Positions 20,734-31,500 of a stretch of DNA of 64,000 bases are shown here, in pieces (position 1 is the stretch's first letter; each line of letters begins with the position of its first letter). A program made the position numbers and the translations under genes. The notes beneath the pieces were generated by a model. That model searched no databases. It was not told the DNA's origin and saw only the letters and a list, made by a program, of their open reading frames with translations. The DNA is taken from the NCBI GenBank assembly GCA_977017575.1, contig CDRNVI010000073.1, positions 86,421-150,420 of the forward strand, read 5' to 3'. This DNA is from Paramoeba atlantica. Lineage: Eukaryota; Protista; Discosea.

Positions 20734-22878
20734 TTAATAAGGTAGTTTCCGTCCCTTAGCCTCGATACACAAGCATAGACGTCGTTTGAAAGATGCATGC
20801 AATTTTTCAGAAAATTTCTTTGAGTCACTACTTTTTAGATATTTTTCACAGCTCTCTTCTATCTCTCTTATGGAGGACGGGTTATATATATAGAGGACTA
20901 TATATATGTATATAGAGGACGGGTTCTCCTGATTTTTGATTTGTTTGAGACGGCACCATAAATTCTCAATCGGATTCAAATCCGGGGAATCCGCAGGTCA
21001 AAAAGGCAGATGGGTCCCATCGACAGAAACGTATCCCCTCAAGCAAGAGGAAGTTCTCGATCTGGCGATCATACTTTCCCACCACAAAGAAGTAAGCTTA
21101 GAACGATGCGGAGGGGCTCCATCGTCCATGTAGATCACCTGGGGATTTTTCCTGGCATATGGAATCCAATGATCCCGAAGAATCATCTTTCTATAATACA
21201 TGCTGCCGAGCCCTTTCCCTTTTTGAGGCCCTTTTTGATTTTGACAAGTGTCATGGCGATAAAAGTGTTCAAAATCATCGCACCATCGAAATAGGATTTC
21301 CCCATTGGAATCAATTGCACCCCAGAGAAGGACTTTCGTAGGATGATGGGTTCGACTCCTTGCAACAGGATCTGTTGGAGATTGCCACGCTGAGCGTGAC
21401 AAATCACCCGCATGAATGTACACCTCGTCACTAAAGCACAAATTTTTCTAAAAGGTGCCCCCTGTCACTTCATCTTCTTTAAGCAGTGCGCGACAGAAAT
21501 TCACACGGGCCTCCCTTTTCTCGGCAGAAAGATGAAGCGTACTAATTTTGGACCTAAACTTGTAATCATAATATGTAAGCAGAGCACGCATGCGATGCTG
21601 CGAGATAACAAATTGGTGTCCGGATGCTTCGGCCATTGCACACATCAGTCTGTTCAAAGTGCGATGGACAGGATTGGCCGCCATTATCTGGGGCAGCAAG
21701 ACTCTGGCATTCTCAAAGTGTTCCCATTCCAGTAGCGTATTAGCGGTTTCTTTCACTTTTTCGATTCTACCATCAGCTGAAGAATGAGTCATCAGCAAAC
21801 GATGACAAGTCGCTTTATTGAGAGTAAGCGTATGACACAACTGTGCCTGGGTAAAAAGTCTTGTGCTGTGCAAAACTTTCAAAGCGACGACTCCCGTTTC
21901 GGATAAGCTTCCCCTTCTTTTCCATATAACCGGAAGTCCATTCAGGTGCGTCGTTTTGCGCTTCATAGGTCGGACGCGTTTCCGCTTAGAGTTCTGGCCC
22001 GAGATTTGAGAGGCTAACCGTGTTCTAAGAACAGCCATCGCGGTCAGAAGGGAATGCTGATCCTTCAAAACAGAGTTATGTTTCTTTTTAAGCTCATCGT
22101 ATTTCTCTTGGAGCTCGAAGTGTTCTCTTTTTAGAAGATTGTATTCAATATGTGTTGCTTCGAATTTTACTCGAAGACGATGAGCTTCAGCTTTGTGCTT
22201 TTCCTTTTCGCGTTCTACGCGTCGTAAGCGCGTGTTCAATTTTCGAATTCGCGTTTTCGCCTTCCTCATTTCCTTAGAGCTCGAGTGGAGAGAATGGCGG
22301 GCGCTGCGAATATCAGGTTGTGGATCAGAGGTCTGAGGGTCAGTAGGTGGAACATCAGGGGTCTGAGGGTCAATAGGTGGAACATCAGAGGGTTGAGAGT
22401 CAATAGGTGGAACATCAGAGGGTTGAGAGTCAATAGGTGGAACATCAGAGGGTTGAGAGTCAATAGGTGGAACATCAGAGGGTTGAGAGTCAATAGGTGG
22501 AACATCAGAGGGTTGAGAGTCAATAGATGGAACATCAGGGAGCTGAGGGTCAATAGGTGGATCATCAGAGGGATGAGGGTGGGAAGTTCGTGGATTGGAG
22601 GACTGAGGCCGAAACATTTGGCATAGGCCTTCTGCTGCTTCGATAAGCCGGATGTCAAAGCATTTTTCAGGTTCCACGAAACTCGGAGGAACTGGATAAA
22701 GATGATTATCATCTTGGACAGAGCCCTGTATTTCTTGATTTATTTTGAAAAGAGTCTCTTCTTCAAAAAAATCAGACTCAGAGTCCGATATGTCCGAGTC
22801 TGTTGACTCATCTTCTGGATCCCAGTTCGGATCATCCTCTGAATCAGAGCTTGCGTACTCCGGTGAGTGCGAAGACAA
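20734..22878 (-). pseudogene. IS630/Tc1-mariner superfamily transposase (DD51E) with a long N-terminal extension; two in-frame stops
   Basis: ORFs 21448..22878, 20998..21441 and 20734..20979 are one frame joined by TAG (21448-21450) and TGA (20998-21000). Motifs REARVNFC, CFSDE, VLLWGAI, YMDDGAPPH, *PADSPDLNPIENLW, KLHASFKRRLCLCIEAKG. Confidence 0.88.
22321..22580. repeat. 30-bp coding tandem repeat (~8 copies; SQPSDVPPID) inside the Tc1-like ORF
   Basis: Unit CAATAGGTGGAACATCAGAGGGTTGAGAGT repeated on the + strand. Confidence 0.95.
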
Positions 22879-23899
22879 TGATGAAACGTCAGAAGAGCCT
22901 GATCGGCAAACTGTTGAATTTTTAGAATTGCTCTCCGAAGTTGCCTCCGAACTCGTGTACTCCTAGTTCGTGTAACCTGAGCTCATGCTATCAGAGCTCC
23001 CATGCGCCCTGGGAGATATGTGTGACATGGACATCGTATAAAAAAAAAGTACTTGTTAATCAAGTTTTGTAAAAAGCGTATGTCAAACAAATTTAGTTCA
23101 GCAAAAAAAACGATTTTTTCAAACGTTAACGTACGTCAATTTAAACTATTTTTCCTGTCCTCTTGTGGTATTCCCATAAACTTAGCTTTTTACAGAACTA
23201 AAAACAAAGCCACGGTGCTCTCTATAGAACGTTTTCAAAATTTTGGGACGGAGTTGTACTTTGCGATTAAAAGCCGCCTGGCAGGAAGTATTGTCAATGT
23301 ATAAATCACTCGTAATTCGTCTCCCGATTCTAACCATGGACGTGATCCCCACGTGAGGGGGCCGTTAGCGGTAAAACGAGCAGGATCAGTAATAGGAGCA
23401 ATAGGGTTTTTTTGGCTCGTCATTCGCTTTGCGACCCCCCGGTATCTTAGCACGTACACGGGCAATTTCTAGCGAATAGTAATCAATGTCCAGTAATGGA
23501 AAATCATAGGCAACGGTTGGATCGTCATTCCATACTGCTTCCATAGCACCCTACTCGTCACTCTTAAGACGGACGTTTCCAATGACGGTTTCACGCACAG
23601 GATCGCCATGAGGTCCCCACACCGCCTCAACTAAAGAGAGAACATGAAGATTATGCCCTCCATCGCCTGTTTTAGCAACTCAAATGACATTGTGAGTAGA
23701 AATCGTTCTACACCCAAGCCAAAAATTATTATCGCTAAAATTCATGGCAATTATTGTTTTTTTAATTAAAATTTGCATAGCTTCGACAATAATTAAAAAC
23801 TCAATAATAAGTCGGCAGTGTAAAACAAGTGCAAGAGAGTTAATTTTTTCTTTTTTTGCCAAAAAAGTGTGAAATAATGCTTCACTTTGACAAAAAAAA

Positions 23900-26800
23900 T
23901 CAACTTGGCGGAAAAAAACGTATTTTTCCAAAATTGATTCCCCTATTGTAGTTTGAGAGTTTGGGACCTACACTAGCCTTCTACACCGTTGTTTTCACAA
24001 GATACCCCTTCTTAGAGCAGCGGCACGCCTCCCAAAATGACGCATTTTTGACCAAAAAGTGCGAAAAAGTAATTTTCGGACCCAAACGGGTCTTTTTGTG
24101 ACGGAAGAATGGTATAGTTGGAGTCGCATTCTCTACACAATACGTTCGGTAGCCTTTAATTCATGTCTACGAATGATTTTCCACACCAAAATGTTGGATT
24201 CAGCGCTCTCAGAGCAAAAATACGCAAAAATGCCCCCATTTCTACCTAAAAATCGTCAATTTTTGGCTCAAATCCTTCCGGTTTCTTCCGCTTTCGTAAC
24301 GAATATTTCTTTCTTAGGCTCTTCATTAAACGCGGAGGTAGTTTTCAACTTGACACGCGCAGCACAAGTGACTTAAGGCAAAGCCTAATGGCAAAACAAT
24401 TATTTTTCCAAAATCGTTTGCCCTTTTGTATTTTGATAGTTTGGGACCTATACTAGCTTTCAATGCAGTTGTTTTCGCAAGCTCTCTTCGAGACGTGGTA
24501 TGCTCGCGAAAATGTCCCATTTTTGACTAAAAAAGGTGAAAAGGTAATATTTGGACCCCAAGGGGCATTTTTGTGTCGAAAGAATGGTATGGTTGGAGTC
24601 GCATTCTCTACCAAATACGTTCTGTAGGATTTGATTCGTGGCTACGAGTAATTTCCCGCACGAAAATGTCGGATTTAGTGCTCTGAGAGCAAAGTTACCC
24701 AACAATGACCCCATTTTTACCTGAAAATCGGCTATTTTGGTTATAATCTTTCCGTTTTCTTCAGCTTTCCAGGCCAAATTTTCTTTTTTAGGCTCTTCGT
24801 TAAACGTCGAGCAAATTTTTTCGAAAAAATTAGTTTTCGAAAAAAAAACCGCAGAAAGGGTAGCCGGGGTCTTGGCGCGCATTTTCCACGCCCCTACCCG
24901 GGGGTGACCCCCCCGCGTATCCGCAGGACGGGTCCGCCAAGTTCGGATTTTTTCGGAAAAAAATTTTTGAAAAAAAATTCAACTTGGCGAAAAAAATGAC
25001 AAAAAAAATATTTTTCCAAAATCGTTTCCCCTATTGTATTTTGATAGTTTGGGACCCACACTAGCTTTCTCCGCAGTTGTTTTCGCAAGGTATCACTTCT
25101 TCGAACCGTGGTGCGCCCCTCAAAATGACCCATTTTTGACTAAAAAAGGTGAAAAAGTATTTTTCGGACCTAAAGGGGCATTTTTGTGTCGAAAGAATGG
25201 TGTGGTTGGAGTCGCATTCTCTACCCAATACGTTCGGTAGGCTTTCATTCATGCCTGCGAGTGATTTCCCACGCGCAAATGTCGGATTTAGTGCTCTGAG
25301 AGCAAAAATATGCGAAAATGACCCCATTTTTACCCGAAATTCGGCTATTTTTGGCTATAATCTTTCCGTTTTCCAGGCTAAATTTTCTTTTTTAGGCTCT
25401 TCGTTAAACGCGGCGGGAGTTTTCAACGCGAAGCGCGCATCATGAGTAACTTCTAAGTTGAAAGCAACCACCGCGTTTAACGAAGAGCCTAAAAAAGAAA
25501 ATTAACAAACCATTGCGGTGGCTGTAAAACTACCGCTCTACACTCGATTATTGAAAAAAAAGTGAACAAAAACAGTGAAAATATAAAGGGGAACACAGTA
25601 ATATAATAGAAGAAAAAAATATAAAAGGGGGCTCCGGTGGTCCAAAACTGAAAAAAAAAATTGAAAAAAATGGGGGGTCCAGGGGGATGTCATGGTCGAT
25701 CAATTTTTTTCGAAAAAATTAGTTTTCGAAAAAAAAAATCGCAGAAAGGGTAGCCGGGGTCTTGGCGCGCATTTTCCACCCCCCTACCCGGGGGTGACCC
25801 CCCCGCGTATCCGCAGGACGGGTCCGCCAAGTTCGGATTTTTTCGGAAAAAAATTTTTGAAAAAAAATTCAACTTGGCGAAAAAAATGACAAAAAAAATA
25901 TTTTTCCAAAATCGTTTCCCCTATTGTATTTTGATAGTTTGGGACCTACACTAGCTTTCTCCGCAGTTGTTTTCGCAAGGTATCACTTCTTCGAACCGTG
26001 GTGCGCCCCTCAAAATGACCCATTTTTGACTAAAAAAGGTGAAAAAGTATTTTTCGGACCTAAAGGGGCATTTTTGTGTCGAAAGAATGGTGTGGTTGGA
26101 GTCGCATTCTCTACCCAATACGTTCGGTAGGCTTTCATTCATGCCTGCGAGTGATTTCCCACGCGCAAATGTCGGATTTAGTGCTCTGAGAGCAAAAATA
26201 TGCGAAAATGACCCCATTTTTACCCGAAATTCGGCTATTTTTGGCTATAATCTTTCCGTTTTCCAGGCTAAATTTTCTTTTTTAGGCTCTTCGTTAAACG
26301 CGGCGGGAGTTTTCAACGCGAAGCGCGCATCATGAGTAACTTCTAAGTTGAAAGCAACCACCGCGTTTAACGAAGAGCCTAAAAAAGAAAATTAACAAAC
26401 CATTGCGGTGGTTGTAAAACTACCGCTCTACACTCGATTATTGAAAAAAAAGTGAACAAAAACAGTGAAAATATAAAGGGGAACACAGTAATATAATAGA
26501 AGAAAAAAATATAAAAGGGGGCTCCGGTGGTCCAAAACTGAAAAAAAAAATTGAAAAAAATGGGGGGTCCAGGGGGATGTCATGGTCGATCAATTTTTTT
26601 CGAAAAAATTAGTTTTCGAAAAAAAACCGCAGAAAGGGTAGCCGGGGTCTTGGCGCGCATTTTCCACGCCCCTACCCGGGGGTGACCCCCCCGCGTATCC
26701 GCAGGACGGGTCCGCCAAGTTCGGATTTTTTCGGAAAAAAATTTTTGAAAAAAGTTTCAACTTGGCGAAAAAAATGACAAAAAAAATATTTTTCCAAAAT

Positions 26801-27283
26801 CGTTTCCCCTATTGTATTTTGATAGTTTGGGACCTACACTAGCTTTCTCCGCAGTTGCTTTCGCAAGGTATCCCTTCTTCTAGCCGTGGTGCGCCCCTCA
26901 AAATGACCCATTTTTGACTAAAACAAGGTGAAAAAGTATTTTTCGGACCTAAAGGGGCATTTTTGTGTCGAAAGAATGGTATAGTTGGAGTCGCATTCTC
27001 TACCCAATACGTTCTGTAGCCTTTAGTTCATGTCTACGGTGTTTTCCACACCGAAATCTTGGATTCAGCGCTCTCAGAGCCAAAATACGCAAAAATATCC
27101 CCATTTTTACTTAAAAATCGTCAATTTTTGGCTCAAATCCTTCCGGTTTCTTCCGCTTTCGTAACGAATTTTTCTTTCGTAGGCTCTTCGTTAAACGCGG
27201 AGGTAGTTTTCAACTCGACACGCGCAGCATAAGTGACTTCTAAGTTGAAAACAACCACCGCGTTTAACGAAGAGCCTAAAAAA
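23900..27283. repeat. Complex tandem repeat block: five copies of a ~440-bp core (starting ~23930, 24408, 25017, 25907, 26797), organised distally as an 890-bp unit
   Basis: Identical spurious ORFs recur 890 bp apart (25034/25924, 25061/25951, 25149/26039). Each core ends in a whole or partial palindromic cassette (24311-24376, 24784-24806, 25388-25496, 26278-26386, 27180-27283). Rich in A/T tracts. Confidence 0.93.
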
Positions 27284-27580
27284 GAATAAAATTGTAAAGT
27301 GCGTCACCGGTAGTGTCATTTTCTCGACCGACACCACTTAAAAATACACTAATTTTTACGAGCACTGTATATGGCATATCCTGACTATCACTGAACTTAC
27401 GTAGGCATTGATTTTACAATTCTAAATCAATTGAAATACAAACGAGCACGACCTTTTTGACCCTTTTTTTTCTCTCTCGTACTCTAAAACACGTTTTCAT
27501 ACCTCACCCAACCCCAAAACCAAAACCACAACCCTCATATCTCTTTTTTTCCTTCAAAAACCCTTCCCTACCCCTCCCCC

Positions 27581-28324
27581 ATGTCTCTCCCACCCCCCTC
27601 CCAAAACCCCCCCAACCCCCCCCATCCCCTCTCCCAAAACGAAAACCAAAACCCCACCCCTTCCCACGCTCTCCAACGACCCCCCACCTTCTCCCCCTCC
27701 CCCTCCCCCTCCCCCTCTTCCTTACCCTCTTCCTTCATCGCCCTCTACCGCGCCCTCCTCGCGGCCTCCCCCCCCCTCCCCCCCGCCCGGCCCTGGGCCG
27801 ACTTCGCGGACCGCTCCGCGCTCACCCCCCCCGCCTCCCCCCCCGACGCCCTCGCCCGCGCCACCGCCAACCTCCCGCACTACGCCGGGAACTACGCCGT
27901 GGTGGCGCTCGCGGTGCTGGCGCTCGCGGGGCTCGGCAACCTGCTCTTCGTGGGGGCCATGGCCGCGTGCGCCGCGCTCGCGGGGGCGTACCGCCGGAGG
28001 AGGGCCCAGCAGGCCGCGGAGGGGGGGGAGGGGGTGGTGGTGGTGAGTGGAAGGGAGATCACCCCGGCCCAGGCCTACGGGGGGTTGGGGTTGGTGACGC
28101 TTTTTTTGTTTTGGTTGACCGGGGGGGGCGGGACGGTTTTTTGGGCGTTGGTGGGGAGTACGGTGGCGGTGGTGGGGCATGCGGTGATGCATGAGAGGGG
28201 GTCAGGGGAGTTGTATGAAGGGGGTGGGGGAGGGTATGAGGGGGGGAAGCGTTTGGGGGAGTGGCAGAGGTTGTCCTCACAGGGGTCGGTTTCACGGGGG
28301 TCGTATATGGAGCATGTGGGGTGA
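27581..28324 (+). CDS. PRA1 family (prenylated Rab acceptor) membrane protein
   Basis: RPWADF...ARATANLPHYAGNY motif, hydrophobic hairpins, terminal VVGHAVM. Confidence 0.88.
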   Translation: MSLPPPSQNPPNPPHPLSQNENQNPTPSHALQRPPTFSPSPSPSPSSLPSSFIALYRALLAASPPLPPARPWADFADRSALTPPASPPDALARATANLPHYAGNYAVVALAVLALAGLGNLLFVGAMAACAALAGAYRRRRAQQAAEGGEGVVVVSGREITPAQAYGGLGLVTLFLFWLTGGGGTVFWALVGSTVAVVGHAVMHERGSGELYEGGGGGYEGGKRLGEWQRLSSQGSVSRGSYMEHVG

Positions 28325-28579
28325 GGGGGGATAAAGGGGGTGATTTGTAAGATAGAAAGGTTTAGTATAGTTAGGTCCGTGGGTAAAGATCATGGGCTTG
28401 GTTTTAGTGTAAATTTCGAATTTTATTGTTTTTTTACGGATGACGCATCCTGTTGAGAAGCACGTTTTACGGAATCTTCTTATTGTTCTTTGTTGATTCT
28501 ACAGAACTATTTCTATTTTCTAAAGAATCTGTCCAACACAACACTATACTTTAGCACAATGAATTGATTCATATCGTCG

Positions 28580-31500
28580 ATGGTTCTACTTTCTACTCAT
28601 TTGCCGAGTTCCCGATCGCAGAAACATCGATCTCAATTGCACCGAACGCAAACTGAACACTCCGATTGCAAAGATCACGTAAATGGTTCAATCACTTCCT
28701 CTCAAAGTTCCGAACACTCAGACACATCATTGGTCCCACAAGAATCGAATTCACCGAGTTCCTCCAATTTGAAGCCCTCCTCCCATTTACATGACTTGGA
28801 GGGAACAAAAGTTTCTTCTTTGAGCAAGGCCCAATGCTCACACGAACTGTTTTCGTCTTCTCAACTTAAAACTTTATCCCAAAGCAAAACAGATCTTTCT
28901 GCTTGGAAAGATTGGATACACACCTTAAACGTCATGGATCACGCAGTTCGCGTATTTCAAGTCACGCAACATCTTTCTTCAGGTGCGTCTACGAAACCCT
29001 TTGCTAAGCCCCTTGCCTTCGAAGTGGCTCATATACTTCGGCAGAAAAAATGCGATTCTGTGGTACTTAAGTGGCCGTTTGAATCCGATTTTATCTGGGA
29101 ATCTTTGGATGACGTAACTTTACATGGACGAAGTCAACTGCCTCTTTGCTGCTCTCTTTATATACAAAGCGTGCTTTTTCTTCTCCTGCTGGCGCTCTAT
29201 GACGCAACAGAACGTTATTCCGAAGATAATATTGCTAAAGCTGAGACTGACGATCTATCGTCTCTCAATTCCTCTCTTTCTCTTCTTGCTTTTTGTTTTT
29301 CTTACGCGAACGATGCTTCCCAAAGCATGGAAAATCAAAGACTGTCTTCGCCAAAGCCTGAAAAACATATGGATCAGAATCTAGAAAAATGCAAAGATCT
29401 GTGCGACAAAATATATTTGTACGGGTTACATTTCGTATGTAAAATTGCTATGGGGAATTTGAAGGACGCAAGTCACCCCATATGGATCCTTTTAGCCCAT
29501 TTGTTTTCGAGGCAAACCCAACAAGCCAAGAACAAAGACCTAATGATTGTCCCTGAGAACTCAATCGTTTCCAAAGGCCAAGGGAATCCTTCCAAAGATT
29601 CTCTAAGCAAAGAATTCACAAATCTGAGATTTCCTATCAATCTTTCGTCAAGCATTTTTCAAAACGTAGAATCGTGTTTAACGGCCCTTCTTGCCCGGCT
29701 TATTCAGGAATCTTGGAAAGACTTTCAGTTGGGGCAACAGAAAACCTTTGATTTCTTAGAATCAAAATTGGATCGCACAGTTTTGTGTCATGTTGTAACG
29801 CAATCTAGATCACGAACTTCGCCAAAGTGCTTTCAAATTGATTTAGGGAACGATAGCTCGAAATACATTCCCGCACTCACGACGACCTCTTCTTTGTTTT
29901 TGATACGATTTGCAGCTGTTTGCCTTCTACCGTGGATAAGACGTATGAAGTCTGAAAAAGGAACTTCTGTAGTTCTCCCAAAAAAGATGCACACATTATT
30001 GATGTTTATTGCCCACAGTTTACACTACGAGGGCTATACTCCGCTGGCTTTAGAACTTTGGAATTCTCTTTGTGATGAGAAGTGTTGTGATCAAAGTGAT
30101 CTTTATAAAAAGGACGCATATTTGAGTCATGCACTCACGATGAGCAATCTGGAGATTATTTCCAAATGGGTCGATTCCACTCAGGACACCTTGGAATTTC
30201 TTCAAAAGCTGCACATTTCGGGCCAATCCCTGAAAGCTGAGACCGGAGCCGCAGATCCCTTGCAACGTGGTTCGCAGATTGCCGAAACGGAGACAACGCT
30301 TAACGATCTCTCTGTTTTCAAAAGAATTTTCACACTTTATCATAACAGTTTCTCGGAGTCTTCGTCATTTCCTGCGGAAAACATTTTGACCGATCTCCTG
30401 CCTTTGCTGCAAAAGTACATTCCATGGATTGTGGACACTCAACATTTCCGTGATGCATCCCATCTTAATTTGTCGAATCAAAAGGGAACGAATACGCCTC
30501 AGGACACGCAACCACAAAACACTGTTATTCCGAAACGAAACACAGAAAATGATACAGAGAAAACTGCCGATGCAATTTCCAGCCTCCCTGCAGAACACAG
30601 CAACGAGAAAACATCCAATACGAATGAAACCGTAATAAAAACACAAACAAAAAACAAATCTCACTCCATTTCTTCCTTGGAAACGGCACACTATATTATC
30701 GATTCTTGTTTTTTTGTCGCTGAACTGTTTCTCTCTCGCGGAGATATTCCGAGTTCCACAAGATCTCTGTGTGCTGTTCTTTCAGTACTCCTTGGAAGCG
30801 CTACCCTCTTGAGTACCCGACATCTTTTACGTGTCCTTGAATGTTTTAGTCTTCTATCGGGCTCAGTAGAATCTCTTGTCTCGTTTTCATCCAATGATTT
30901 CAATGATATGGTACAGACATATCGAACGCGCTCTCTGTTTGCGTTTGTTTCTCCTGTTTCGTTTACGCGTTGGGCTTTTAGAGAACGTGAATTTGAAATG
31001 CGGATATCTCCAGCAATTCTGTATTCTTCCCTAAACAATAGTGCTTCCGATTCCATTGAGGATGACCGAAATGACAAAGGAAAGAACGTGCTTTCTCTAG
31101 TGGAAGCGGAAGAACGGATTTATCTTGCTCCGCGCAGTTTGCATGACATCAATGATGCATTCAATTCTCTACACTCGATGCAAAGGACGTTAGCAGATGT
31201 CAAAAAAGATGAGCACCGACAAATCGAACTTCTTATTTCTACTGCACTGGACGCAGACCGAACTTTGCAATGTCCACAACTTTTGTTCGTTCTCAAAGAG
31301 TTCATGTCTCGGATTGAACGTCTCTTCCGTCGAACGCTAAAATTACGGTCAGAGGCAACGAAAGATCGACTTTTTCCCATACACTTTTGGTCGCTGCATC
31401 AATCTTGTTCGGGACACTGCCACACAAGCGATCGCAAAGAATTTCGTCTGACACTTGCACGTATTGCCATTTTATGCGGGTTTACTTCCCTTGCGGCTAC

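Noticed and set aside
20500-23260. Terminal inverted repeats for the Tc1-like element (GGGACGGAGTTG-TA at ~23245-23258)
   Set aside because: It looks like a mariner/Stowaway-type end, but I found no convincing matching left end, only short patchy similarity near 20610-20640.
23235-23680. Possible decayed minus-strand coding fragment
   Set aside because: Several stops and no identifiable family motif.
17400-23700. Fanzor/TnpB nuclease next to the Tc1-like or Harbinger-like transposases
   Set aside because: No ORF with RuvC motifs or a CxxC..CxxC finger plus DxNAAxNI was found in the ORF track or in my partial reading of the gaps.
23680-26335. Short ORFs within the 890-bp repeat and its inverted copy at 53144-54004
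   Set aside because: Low-complexity F/K-rich translations of A/T tracts, overlapping on both strands, with no motifs.
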